DNA of 64,000 nucleotides from a virus, in the IMG/VR virus record IMGVR_UViG_3300009506_000012, positions 1 to 64,000 of that record; one strand, 5' to 3'. The translations under genes and the position numbers were made by a program. Positions 26,440-34,870 of the stretch are shown piece after piece. The first letter of the stretch is position 1; each line of letters opens with the position of its first letter. Below the pieces are notes generated by a model. It did not search any database. It saw nothing but the letters and a program-made list of their open reading frames with translations, and was not told the DNA's origin.

Positions 26440-26646
26440 TTAGATAGACTGGTAAGAAACGATCAGATAATCAATATACGCATCCCATACATGCTGAGGA
26501 AGCGTAGCCCAATATTTCTCTCGTGCAACAACATCGAGCATGAGAGTACGGGCATGGACAAGGCGTACTGCTACAGAGATGGGCACCTCTAGTAGCCGCT
26601 TACTATGCGTGCCGCATAATAAGACTTTATCAGTGGTGTTGGACAT
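26440..26646 (-). CDS. Hypothetical protein
   Basis: 68-aa ORF, AAGGAGGT SD. Confidence 0.65.
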   Translation of the reverse strand: MSNTTDKVLLCGTHSKRLLEVPISVAVRLVHARTLMLDVVAREKYWATLPQHVWDAYIDYLIVSYQSI

Positions 26647-26657
26647 CGAATACCTCC

Positions 26658-27206
26658 TTATTTGGTGTTCTTGTCTTTTTTGGGAGCAGGTGTTTTATCA
26701 GGCTTGCCTGTGCAGTCTGCGTCACACCCATTGTGCTTGTTGTGTACATCGTTGGGGTTGTTATCAGGCTTGCTGTCATTCCCATAGTGATTACCATGGT
26801 CTACATGTACCTTGACCACAGGTGCATCATCATCAGGGACAACGACAATAACAGGATCATCGTCATCATCAGGCACATCGATAGCAGGCGTATCAGGTGT
26901 ATTTTGATGTGTGCGTACTGCTACATCAGTGTCACTACCACAATCACGCATGGTGTCATGCACACCACCAGGGTAGGGGAATACATCAACTGCGATGCAC
27001 AGTAGCACAGGTACATCCTCTTTAGCTGACCATGTAACAATCACATGGCTGGTAGGACGTACACTATTAGGCACATGCACAATGGGTGCATGCACAGAGG
27101 CTGCATCAACAGCAGGGGTCATAGTGCTATTGGACAGCACTACTGCTACAACGGCCAGTATGATGACCAGTAGCGAGGGCAATAGGGCCTTACAATTGTT
27201 GGACAT
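26658..27206 (-). CDS. Secreted or membrane-anchored low-complexity protein
   Basis: N-terminal hydrophobic helix; D/N/H-rich tail with HGNHYGN; AAGGAGATAT SD. Confidence 0.7.
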   Translation of the reverse strand: MSNNCKALLPSLLVIILAVVAVVLSNSTMTPAVDAASVHAPIVHVPNSVRPTSHVIVTWSAKEDVPVLLCIAVDVFPYPGGVHDTMRDCGSDTDVAVRTHQNTPDTPAIDVPDDDDDPVIVVVPDDDAPVVKVHVDHGNHYGNDSKPDNNPNDVHNKHNGCDADCTGKPDKTPAPKKDKNTK

Positions 27207-27253
27207 TAGATATCTCCTTTCTATGTCCTAATAGAGTATGAGTGTGCGAATGC

Positions 27254-27300
27254 ACACCTTTATGCTCATCATCTCTAATGATGATGAGCATCAGAGGTGT
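27254..27300. other. Long hairpin upstream of the leftward early operon
   Basis: ATGCTCATCATC/GATGATGAGCAT 12-bp perfect stem extended by ACACCT/AGGTGT. Confidence 0.6.
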
Positions 27301-27542
27301 TCACTAGCGGGCGCGAACAATCGAAGCGAACACGTTCGAGATACGGACAGCCGCAAGCATCTTTTCAGATCGTTGCGGATCGTTGACAGGCATCTCGTAT
27401 GCCTTGCCTTCCCAATCCAGGCGCAAGCGATGAAGCTCACGCTGTGCCGGGCTCAGGGGAGGGATGTGGGACTTACGGGTCTTATTCATGGGGTTACTCC
27501 TCCGCCCCCGCCCTATAGGACGGGAGCATAATAAGAATGAAT

Positions 27543-27574
27543 GGGGTAGGTTCACTTATGGATACTCCTACCCC
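27543..27574. other. Inverted repeat at strand switch, candidate genome end or packaging site
   Basis: GGGGTAGG-N16-CCTACCCC; composition differs on the two sides. Confidence 0.4.
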
Positions 27575-27613
27575 CTTACTATGCCCCGTCAAAAAGTATG
27601 GCAACTAAAAATG

Positions 27614-27622
27614 TGATATACT
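27614..27622 (+). promoter_or_regulatory. Extended -10 element
   Basis: TGATATACT upstream of first rightward gene. Confidence 0.45.
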
Positions 27623-27647
27623 ACCAATCGGAAGGTGACTACAAAAA

Positions 27648-27980
27648 ATGAGAAAAGCAAAGACTTTAGATCTACCAGTAATTGAGAAATGGGTATATGC
27701 TTATTTCTATGATGGAGAGATACCTGGAACGTGTGAGGAGGCTGAGTCTGGATATCTTTTGGGTGCAAGCACCACGAAGGTAAGGCTTGCGGTTACTCCA
27801 CTTGAGGGGAATTCGAATTTGTTGCATTTCCAAATACTGGGAGTGAGGCAGGGCATTCCTACGTATTGCCGGCTGAAAGATGAAACAGGGACAACGATTG
27901 CACAGGTGACTGAGATCGAAGTTTTCAGAATAGAACCAGGGATATTGAAACCATATGAGATAAATTTCAGAGTGGAATGA
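27648..27980 (+). CDS. Hypothetical protein
   Basis: 110-aa ORF, AAGGTG SD. Confidence 0.6.
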   Translation: MRKAKTLDLPVIEKWVYAYFYDGEIPGTCEEAESGYLLGASTTKVRLAVTPLEGNSNLLHFQILGVRQGIPTYCRLKDETGTTIAQVTEIEVFRIEPGILKPYEINFRVE

Positions 27981-27991
27981 GGAGGCTGTAT

Positions 27992-28117
27992 ATGAGATTT
28001 CAGGATATTTGGGTGGTAGTGGTACGCGAGGGAAAAGAACTTTTTTGGGCGCTGGTGCGGGCTCTTGTGGCGCTGGCGATTGGGATTGCGATCTTGATTG
28101 TGTTTGGAATGTTCTGA
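27992..28117 (+). CDS. Small membrane protein
   Basis: Manual read MRFQDIWVVVVREGKELFWALVRALVALAIGIAILIVFGMF, GAGGAGG SD. Confidence 0.55.
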   Translation: MRFQDIWVVVVREGKELFWALVRALVALAIGIAILIVFGMF

Positions 28118-28118
28118 G

Positions 28119-28283
28119 ATGAGAATCAAGATCAAGAGAAAGAATGCGTTTACTGCTCTTACGATTTACAGTTTTGTGATTTTTCCTTTGGTTGCTCTTT
28201 TTTTCAGGCTCAATCCGTATGTAGTATCAGCCGGGTTTCTTTTTCAAGTAATTTTGGGGTTCTTGTATCTTGCATCGGAATAG
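28119..28283 (+). CDS. Small two-helix membrane protein
   Basis: Basic N-terminus then two hydrophobic segments. Confidence 0.5.
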   Translation: MRIKIKRKNAFTALTIYSFVIFPLVALFFRLNPYVVSAGFLFQVILGFLYLASE

Positions 28284-28292
28284 GGATTTGAG

Positions 28293-28499
28293 ATGAAATT
28301 GACTGCACCAAAACCCTGTCATCTGGATGACATCACTAGAGAACAGTGGATTGCATTCAAGTGGAAATCGGTCTACGTGCTTGCGGAAACAGCTCCGCTG
28401 ATGTTCTGTATTGGGGAAGCTGATGCTGAAGGCGCCGAACAACGTGGCCGGGATTGGGATATGCTGATGGCTGCACGAAAGAAGATCGTGGATGGATAA
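28293..28499 (+). CDS. Hypothetical protein
   Basis: 68-aa ORF. Confidence 0.5.
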   Translation: MKLTAPKPCHLDDITREQWIAFKWKSVYVLAETAPLMFCIGEADAEGAEQRGRDWDMLMAARKKIVDG

Positions 28500-28836
28500 A
28501 ATATTTTCTATTCGCAAACATCCAATACGCAAGGTCATTCATGAAGGAAAAGTAATTCATGCCGACTATGGCCCGAGAGATGCCCGCACCTATGGGGAGG
28601 TTACGCTTACCGGAGTTACAGATGATGACCAGTTATCTTTTCCGTTGCAACTGGGAACGCATATTGGGATGCCCCGTATCAAAAGATTTTTGCTAGAATA
28701 TAATGACCAGACATTTACAGTCAGAGTCTTTTTTACGGTAGAAGCTCTTTACATAGACAAAAAAAAGAAAAAATATGAAACGATAGAAATCTATGAATGT
28801 ATCGATTATGACCCATCAGATGAAATTCCATTTTGA
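28492..28836 (+). CDS. Hypothetical protein with SSB-like acidic tail
   Basis: Ends SDEIPF. Confidence 0.55.
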   Translation: MDKIFSIRKHPIRKVIHEGKVIHADYGPRDARTYGEVTLTGVTDDDQLSFPLQLGTHIGMPRIKRFLLEYNDQTFTVRVFFTVEALYIDKKKKKYETIEIYECIDYDPSDEIPF

Positions 28837-29063
28837 AAGGAAACAAAGTCATGGCTAAAACAAAAATGAGAGCGCTAAGTTTGATCCCCATCCGGACCCA
28901 AATGGACACAAATCCCGAAAACGTCAGTGGCAACGTGCGGAAAGATGAAGAAGTTATGGTCACCTCGACCCGCGAAAAAGACGATATTGTTTACGGGAGA
29001 ATCGGGAAAGGCCTGTATGTGATTGTGGAACGTAATGGAGTATCCAACTTCGAACAGGTCTAA
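28833..29063 (+). CDS. SH3b-like small protein
   Basis: IPIRTQMDT...GNVRKDEEVMV...YGRIGKGLYV. Confidence 0.45.
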   Translation: MKGNKVMAKTKMRALSLIPIRTQMDTNPENVSGNVRKDEEVMVTSTREKDDIVYGRIGKGLYVIVERNGVSNFEQV

Positions 29064-29082
29064 AATCTGGTAAAATACCTGT

Positions 29083-29184
29083 GGCGCAGGTGGCCACACC
29101 TCCATTACAGACGATGATAGTTTTCACTCCTTTGGTAGCTAACCTTAGTAGCAAATCCTGGAAATCCGATCCCACACCTGCGCC
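29083..29184 (+). ncRNA. Candidate ~100-nt small RNA
   Basis: TGgTAAAAT extended -10 at 29068-29076; terminal 10-bp stem GGCGCAGGTG/CACCTGCGCC. Confidence 0.4.
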
Positions 29185-29213
29185 TTGACTTTTTTACTAC
29201 ATAGTAGTATATT
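29185..29213 (+). promoter_or_regulatory. sigma70-type promoter with palindromic spacer
   Basis: TTGACT-17 bp-TATATT containing TACTAC-ATA-GTAGTA. Confidence 0.75.
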
Positions 29214-29220
29214 ATTTTCC

Positions 29221-29268
29221 AACACACGTTTGGGTGCCCCCCTCACCCCGGCGTGTGTTTTTTTTTTG
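29221..29268 (+). terminator. Hairpin with C-rich loop and long T-tract
   Basis: AACACACG..GGGTG-CCCCCT-CACCC..CGTGTGTT followed by T run. Confidence 0.65.
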
Positions 29269-29348
29269 TGTATAATAGCCCACAACACTACATAAACAGT
29301 AACCAGAAAAGAGATAACCCGTCATGACACTACAGGAGCGCAATATCA

Positions 29349-29591
29349 ATGGACGACAATGCCGAATACCAGAATATGGTTACTTACTGGAAAAGTGTAG
29401 GGCAACCTGAGTATATAGAATATGGAGGGGGCAGCTACCGGGTCTTTACTCCCAATGGAGAGGATCAACCCACTTTTCAAGCTCAAGACTCAAACGCGAT
29501 GTACGGCACAACTTCAACCTCGAAGATGGCCAAGGAGCCAACCAAACGGGTAGCTCCAAATCCCAATAAAGCATCCGATCTGGGGGACTGA
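29349..29591 (+). CDS. Hypothetical protein
   Basis: 80-aa ORF, AGGAG SD. Confidence 0.6.
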   Translation: MDDNAEYQNMVTYWKSVGQPEYIEYGGGSYRVFTPNGEDQPTFQAQDSNAMYGTTSTSKMAKEPTKRVAPNPNKASDLGD

Positions 29592-29592
29592 C

Positions 29593-29922
29593 ATGGATAA
29601 CCAGGATAATATTTATTCAACTTCTGATAAAACGGTTTGCTTTGCGCTGGATATGCTTTTTGAATTAGTGGACACGGCCACTGATGAACGTGACAAGATG
29701 GTTTACAACTTCAGGAAAAACGACAAGCGTAGCGTTCCTGTTCTTGTAGATGACACTACCTGCAAATTCGAGGTATTGAGTGTCATGGATATCGTTACCA
29801 TGATCCGCAACGGCCAGGCTAACAAGATCATGTTTTCTTTTGGGGATTACTGGACCTCTGAAGGCACGTGGCTGACAAACCTGCGCCATTTCCACAACGA
29901 AAGAGCGTATCACCGGAAATGA
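29593..29922 (+). CDS. Hypothetical protein
   Basis: 109-aa ORF. Confidence 0.6.
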   Translation: MDNQDNIYSTSDKTVCFALDMLFELVDTATDERDKMVYNFRKNDKRSVPVLVDDTTCKFEVLSVMDIVTMIRNGQANKIMFSFGDYWTSEGTWLTNLRHFHNERAYHRK

Positions 29923-30045
29923 TGGTTTTGTATTTATGGTGGAACAATACGACTTTTTGGGCTGACCGTTCTTATTGGCGCAAAGCCTGGGAGGTCGTAT
30001 ACACACAAACAGCACCCGATCATATATGGACAAGGAGAAATTGAG

Positions 30046-30321
30046 ATGAGTGAAATGAATATAGCTTCTACAAAGATGAACGAAGTTCCATCAGCGCTTG
30101 AAAGGCTGGATACGGTAATCGAAGATCTTCTTTCACTTCCAGAAATATTCGAGGCTCAATTCGCACCTGTACTGAGTCCGGTCAAAGATTCCGAAACCGA
30201 GAAATCAGTGCCCGATGCTCGTTATGAAAGCGCACTGGCCAATGAGATCATGGAACGCGCCCGGAGAGTAAGGCTTGCAGGTGTTCGGCTTCACGCTATT
30301 CTTCAGCGTAATCAACTTTAG
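30046..30321 (+). CDS. Hypothetical helical protein
   Basis: 91-aa ORF abutting terminase, AAGGAG SD. Confidence 0.6.
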   Translation: MSEMNIASTKMNEVPSALERLDTVIEDLLSLPEIFEAQFAPVLSPVKDSETEKSVPDARYESALANEIMERARRVRLAGVRLHAILQRNQL

Positions 30322-31940
30322 TGTACACACTCAATAAATCACAGGTTGAGATAATCAAGAGAGGGCTAACCGATTCATCTCAACTTGATTTTTTTACTGG
30401 GTATTGGTTCGATAAGGGTGGGGGGCATGGCTTTCAGTTTGACCGTGGTTTCGTTCCTGAATATGCCTGGCAAAAAAAACTCGTTTTTGCACAACAAAAT
30501 CTGATATGCGGCGTCATGGGGATCGGTTCTGGGAAAACACTGGGGGTCGGGATGGCTGCATATACCTGGGCTATGTCTACAGAGGGTTTCAAATTCATGA
30601 ACGGCGCAAACTGGGCATACCAGTCCCGCTTGATGAAGGACCTGATTGAGACTCAGATCATTGATACCCCTGCGGAAAATCTGGTTGATAACAGTGTAGA
30701 TACTCCCTATCCCAAGATCACCCTGGCTTACAAGATCGGAAAGATCACCTACAGGTCAACCATGGAATTCATGTCCATGGATAAACAGGCCGCGAAGATA
30801 TTTTCATGGCGTGGTGACTGGATCAACCTGGATGAAGCTGCCCTGATCGACCAGCTGGATGTGGCGTTGATGAACCTGTCCACCCGTCTGACCGGTAAGA
30901 CTGCTCGAGGCCGTGAATACCTGGCGCGAATGTCCCTGATGACCAATCCCTGGGCAAATGAATCAGCTACACATGTGTATTATTTCTATGACCTGGCTAT
31001 TGATAATCCGGATGAATGCCTGTCTATCAGTGTGCCCACCTCAGCCAATACTAACATTACGGAACGGCAGATCAAGAACACCTTACGCTTCATCCGTGAC
31101 CCTGAAGAACAGGAACGTCTTTTGGATGGCCAGCGACCTGAAGGTAAAGGCCTGTTCTTCTCGAAACCGTCTGTAGGCCAGTGTGCCGATCCGTATATGT
31201 CAGAATACATTGAAACCAAGTTCAAGGCCGGTGTACCGGGTTTTCAGGTTGTTAAGGCTATGAGTTTTGGTGTGATCGAGTACCAGACCCCCAAAACCAG
31301 CGATTATTGTTTCCTGGTCGGGGATCCGGGCACCGGTAACTTTCCTGCAAGGAATGCACCCTGTATTGCGGTTATTGATGCCTCCGGACTTCCCCAGGAG
31401 CCGGCTTTCATCGTGGCGTTCTGGTGGGGAAGCGGAAACCGGCGCATTCAGCCGTTTATGAACAAGTTCTATGACTATAAGGACAAGTACCGGCCTATCT
31501 TTGCTGGCGTGGACAGTACCGGACCCCAAGCCGGTATGGTACAGCTCATGAATTTGACGAAAGTGTGGTCGGGACAGGTAGAGAGCCTGGCAGACCAGCA
31601 ATCGGTTTATGGGATGGACTTCAGTGTAGGCCGAAAGGACTCAATGCTTCTTGCGAACCGGAACCTGCTTGAATTGGGGCTGATTCGTTGGGCAGACTTC
31701 GCAAAAGGCATTAAAATGCAATACTATAATTATGATCGCGCACTGGATCGCTCAGGTCAACCTAAGATTGCACAAGATATTGTGGCATGTCTCTCGATGG
31801 GGGCGTTCGCTATCCGCGCGTATTACAATATTGGTCCGGACGAGCAAGCTGAGCGTGAGCGACAAGTTAGATCAAACCTCGACACGGCTTACCGAAATAT
31901 CAGACGACCTGCGCAGGAGCGCAATTACAGATCAAGATGA
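30321..31940 (+). CDS. terL: Terminase large subunit
   Basis: Walker A GIGSGKT, Walker B WINLDEA, MTNP coupling motif, RNase H-like VGDPG / GVDSTG / QDIV. Confidence 0.9.
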   Translation: MYTLNKSQVEIIKRGLTDSSQLDFFTGYWFDKGGGHGFQFDRGFVPEYAWQKKLVFAQQNLICGVMGIGSGKTLGVGMAAYTWAMSTEGFKFMNGANWAYQSRLMKDLIETQIIDTPAENLVDNSVDTPYPKITLAYKIGKITYRSTMEFMSMDKQAAKIFSWRGDWINLDEAALIDQLDVALMNLSTRLTGKTARGREYLARMSLMTNPWANESATHVYYFYDLAIDNPDECLSISVPTSANTNITERQIKNTLRFIRDPEEQERLLDGQRPEGKGLFFSKPSVGQCADPYMSEYIETKFKAGVPGFQVVKAMSFGVIEYQTPKTSDYCFLVGDPGTGNFPARNAPCIAVIDASGLPQEPAFIVAFWWGSGNRRIQPFMNKFYDYKDKYRPIFAGVDSTGPQAGMVQLMNLTKVWSGQVESLADQQSVYGMDFSVGRKDSMLLANRNLLELGLIRWADFAKGIKMQYYNYDRALDRSGQPKIAQDIVACLSMGAFAIRAYYNIGPDEQAERERQVRSNLDTAYRNIRRPAQERNYRSR

Positions 31941-32007
31941 GTTCCCTGAACAGTGGCCAACCACAGACCGTGATTACAGGTTACGAAACAGAGATCAAAG
32001 GAGATAG

Positions 32008-32322
32008 ATGATGTCAGACGATAAACTGGATATGAATAACCTGCCTTTTGACGCCCATGAAGCTGCGGAGATGCTTAACAAACATTTCGAAGATATCTCA
32101 GAACCGGCACCCTTGATTCCTTCTGAAGCGCTGTACGGATTTGCGGCCTGGCTGACTGCTCTGAAGGAACCTGTCACGATGGGCGCAAGTCATCCTGCCG
32201 GCATTGTTGCCCAATTGGTAGACGAATTCTGCAAAGCGAATCAGCTTATGGATCCGCGTCCTGGTTTCGAAAAACGCTTCAAATATCCCATCACAAGGAC
32301 GCTCCACGGCAAAAAGAAATAG
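32008..32322 (+). CDS. Hypothetical protein
   Basis: 104-aa ORF, AAGGAG SD. Confidence 0.6.
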   Translation: MMSDDKLDMNNLPFDAHEAAEMLNKHFEDISEPAPLIPSEALYGFAAWLTALKEPVTMGASHPAGIVAQLVDEFCKANQLMDPRPGFEKRFKYPITRTLHGKKK

Positions 32323-32349
32323 ATGGTGCTGAATGCAATTCTTTCGTAA

Positions 32350-32378
32350 TTGACATTTAGAATTAGACAACTTACAAT
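32350..32378 (+). promoter_or_regulatory. sigma70-type promoter of head-tail operon
   Basis: TTGACA-17 bp-TACAAT. Confidence 0.75.
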
Positions 32379-32444
32379 AAAAATAACATAAACCTCACAT
32401 GAACACTAAAAGTCGCATTGTCGCTGCTATTCGTGTGAGGTTTT

Positions 32445-34073
32445 ATGGTTGTCCCAATCAATACGCAGGTCGAGGAGATCATGGGGGAAGCCCAGCTTAT
32501 CAAGTTCTCTTTGTCCGACATAAAAAGTTTCCCTCTGAACGAATTCCTTGAGCGCAGGATCATCTATCAGAATCTTTTCTCATGGTACAACGGCGACAAG
32601 CTGAAGGAAACACAAATCCAGGGCGGGAAACAGGTAGAAAAATTCCCAATCAAACTAAATCCGATCCGGGGTGCAGTTTACAAACATGCCTATGCCTTGT
32701 TTGGCGAATTCTCAATGGATTCAAGGCCACTGGCACCGGCTCAGCTGCGTCCGGACGATATGAGCAAAAAGGACCAGGCGCAACGCGGTCAGGATTTCCT
32801 GAATACCGTATGGGCAGAATCCCATGGTCGTTCTGTGCAAATGCGGAACGGTCTTATTTCACAGATCAACGGGGGATGTGTATTCAAAACAAGCTACGTC
32901 CCTAAAGCAAGATTCAGGACTTATCCATTCAGAGTAGAAGGCATACATGTCAGCAACTTTATTGGTGTGCCTATGTCCGGGGAAGAATTCAGGCTCGAGG
33001 AGGCCTGGATCGTTAAGGCGATCAGCCATGACGAAGCCAAGCGAAAATTCGGATTGAGTTTTGACCCGGCAGAACCGGTCTATTATGTTGAATACTGGAA
33101 TCCGGATGAATGTGATTTTTCAGTCAACGGTGTTCGCATTACTTCAGGTATCCGGGATACCCTTGGCAAAGAGATTCTTTATGGCGGGAAAAACCCTTGG
33201 GGGTTTGTGCCTATTACATATATTCCCAGAGTGCGCACAAATGGCTTTTATGGGGAATCTCTCATTACAGACAACGTGCAGGGTATTGTAGAGGAACTCA
33301 ACCGCAGAACCGCGGATTTCGGGGATGCAGTTTCCGATGATAGCCATACCTATTATGTACTTGTGGGTGCCAGCAAACGTCCGGATATCTATGAACTGGC
33401 TCCGGGGGTGCGTGTCATCCAGATCAAACCCGAACCCTCCTTTACAGGGAAAGAAGTACCACCGTCATTGGAAAGACTGGGGGCACAGAAAGCCAATGAG
33501 TCCATGGATAAGCTGATTGACCAGCTCTATAACAATTTCAGACGCGAAGCCTTTGTACCTGCCGTTGCAGATGGTGAGGATGAAGGTTCACAGCGTAGCG
33601 CCCTTACCCTGGCGATGCGCATGTGGCCTTTGCTTTCTCACACCTCCATGCAGCGTATCCTGTGGGGTGACGGGTTGTCTCAGGTTGACAATCAGCTCTT
33701 ACGTATGGCTCAGATCAAGGGTTTTGGGGATATTCCACAAAGTGTGACCAGGATGCGTATCGAGCGCAAATGGGCTCCATTCCTGCCAAGGGACAGCGAG
33801 TCCTTTATCAATGAACTGGTCAATCGTGCTTCTGCAAATCTTGGGTCCACGGAACATTTGTTATCGCTTATTGATGACATCGAGGATCCCGCAGAACAAT
33901 ACAAGATGATCATCGCGCAACTCAAAGAGATTGCCGATATCGATGCAAAAGCAACTGCCGAGGCTCAGGCTGCCGCCTATCAAGCTAGAGCAGACGCGAC
34001 TGCGCAAAATCAAACATCAACACCACAAAAACAGACGAGCAAAACCACATCAAAAGCCAATAATAAGGAGTAA
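32445..34073 (+). CDS. Portal protein
   Basis: Size and position after terL; NPWGFVPITYIP, SALTL segments typical of SPP1-like portals; alternative start 32481. Confidence 0.85.
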   Translation: MVVPINTQVEEIMGEAQLIKFSLSDIKSFPLNEFLERRIIYQNLFSWYNGDKLKETQIQGGKQVEKFPIKLNPIRGAVYKHAYALFGEFSMDSRPLAPAQLRPDDMSKKDQAQRGQDFLNTVWAESHGRSVQMRNGLISQINGGCVFKTSYVPKARFRTYPFRVEGIHVSNFIGVPMSGEEFRLEEAWIVKAISHDEAKRKFGLSFDPAEPVYYVEYWNPDECDFSVNGVRITSGIRDTLGKEILYGGKNPWGFVPITYIPRVRTNGFYGESLITDNVQGIVEELNRRTADFGDAVSDDSHTYYVLVGASKRPDIYELAPGVRVIQIKPEPSFTGKEVPPSLERLGAQKANESMDKLIDQLYNNFRREAFVPAVADGEDEGSQRSALTLAMRMWPLLSHTSMQRILWGDGLSQVDNQLLRMAQIKGFGDIPQSVTRMRIERKWAPFLPRDSESFINELVNRASANLGSTEHLLSLIDDIEDPAEQYKMIIAQLKEIADIDAKATAEAQAAAYQARADATAQNQTSTPQKQTSKTTSKANNKE

Positions 34074-34078
34074 GTATC

Positions 34079-34858
34079 ATGCCTTCATCCGATCCATCCG
34101 ATCCTGTCACCCAGACGCCAACCAAGGAACCTGCTGTTACGGAACCAAAGACGGCTACCGGAACCCAGACGGAACCGACCGCCGATTACAAAGGCAAAAC
34201 CGCCGAGGGCTGGCATACCGCCTATGCCGCGTTGCAAAATAATTACAATAGTCTCAAAACAGACACCGATCAAAAAATTGGTGATCTTACTGGCCAACTT
34301 GAGACTGTCAACACGGACTTGAAAACAGCCCGGAACCAGGCGTCCCAGTTTGAGCAAACCAACACCACATTACAGGAAACCATTCAAAATCTCAATAAAA
34401 CCTTTGGCCTTGAAGATGGCGCTGACGCAAAGGCTCTTGTTACGAAAGCGGGTGAAATTGTCACCCAGAGTGAAGCCGGATCAAAAGCCATATCGCAATT
34501 AGAACGTGCCAATCTGATCATCACAGAGTATCCGGAACTCGCAAGCTGGGAAGCAAAAGGATTGCTACCGACTGCCGAGGATACTGAAACGCTGAAAACC
34601 AAACTTAATGATTTCAAATCCAACCTGGGAATGAAGGTTGGAGAAGATGTCAAAAAGACGATTGAAGGCGCTTCTCCGGACACAGTAGTTACTGAACCCA
34701 AGACCCCTGATGACGCCAATCAGGAATCCGAAGATTATTTGTGGAATCGGCTTACCGAACTGGCGAACGAGACACCGTTCAACCGTGTTGAGTACAACAA
34801 GGTTCAGGCACGCTATGACGAACTTCTAGCGAACAAGGCGAAGGCAAAACAGCAATAA
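34079..34858 (+). CDS. Capsid scaffolding protein
   Basis: P/T-rich N-terminus, coiled coil, located between portal and capsid. Confidence 0.75.
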   Translation: MPSSDPSDPVTQTPTKEPAVTEPKTATGTQTEPTADYKGKTAEGWHTAYAALQNNYNSLKTDTDQKIGDLTGQLETVNTDLKTARNQASQFEQTNTTLQETIQNLNKTFGLEDGADAKALVTKAGEIVTQSEAGSKAISQLERANLIITEYPELASWEAKGLLPTAEDTETLKTKLNDFKSNLGMKVGEDVKKTIEGASPDTVVTEPKTPDDANQESEDYLWNRLTELANETPFNRVEYNKVQARYDELLANKAKAKQQ

Positions 34859-34870
34859 TAGGAGTTTACG

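Noticed and set aside
27304-27555. 83-aa minus-strand ORF at the strand switch
   Set aside because: Could be real from an internal Met, but support is too weak to call
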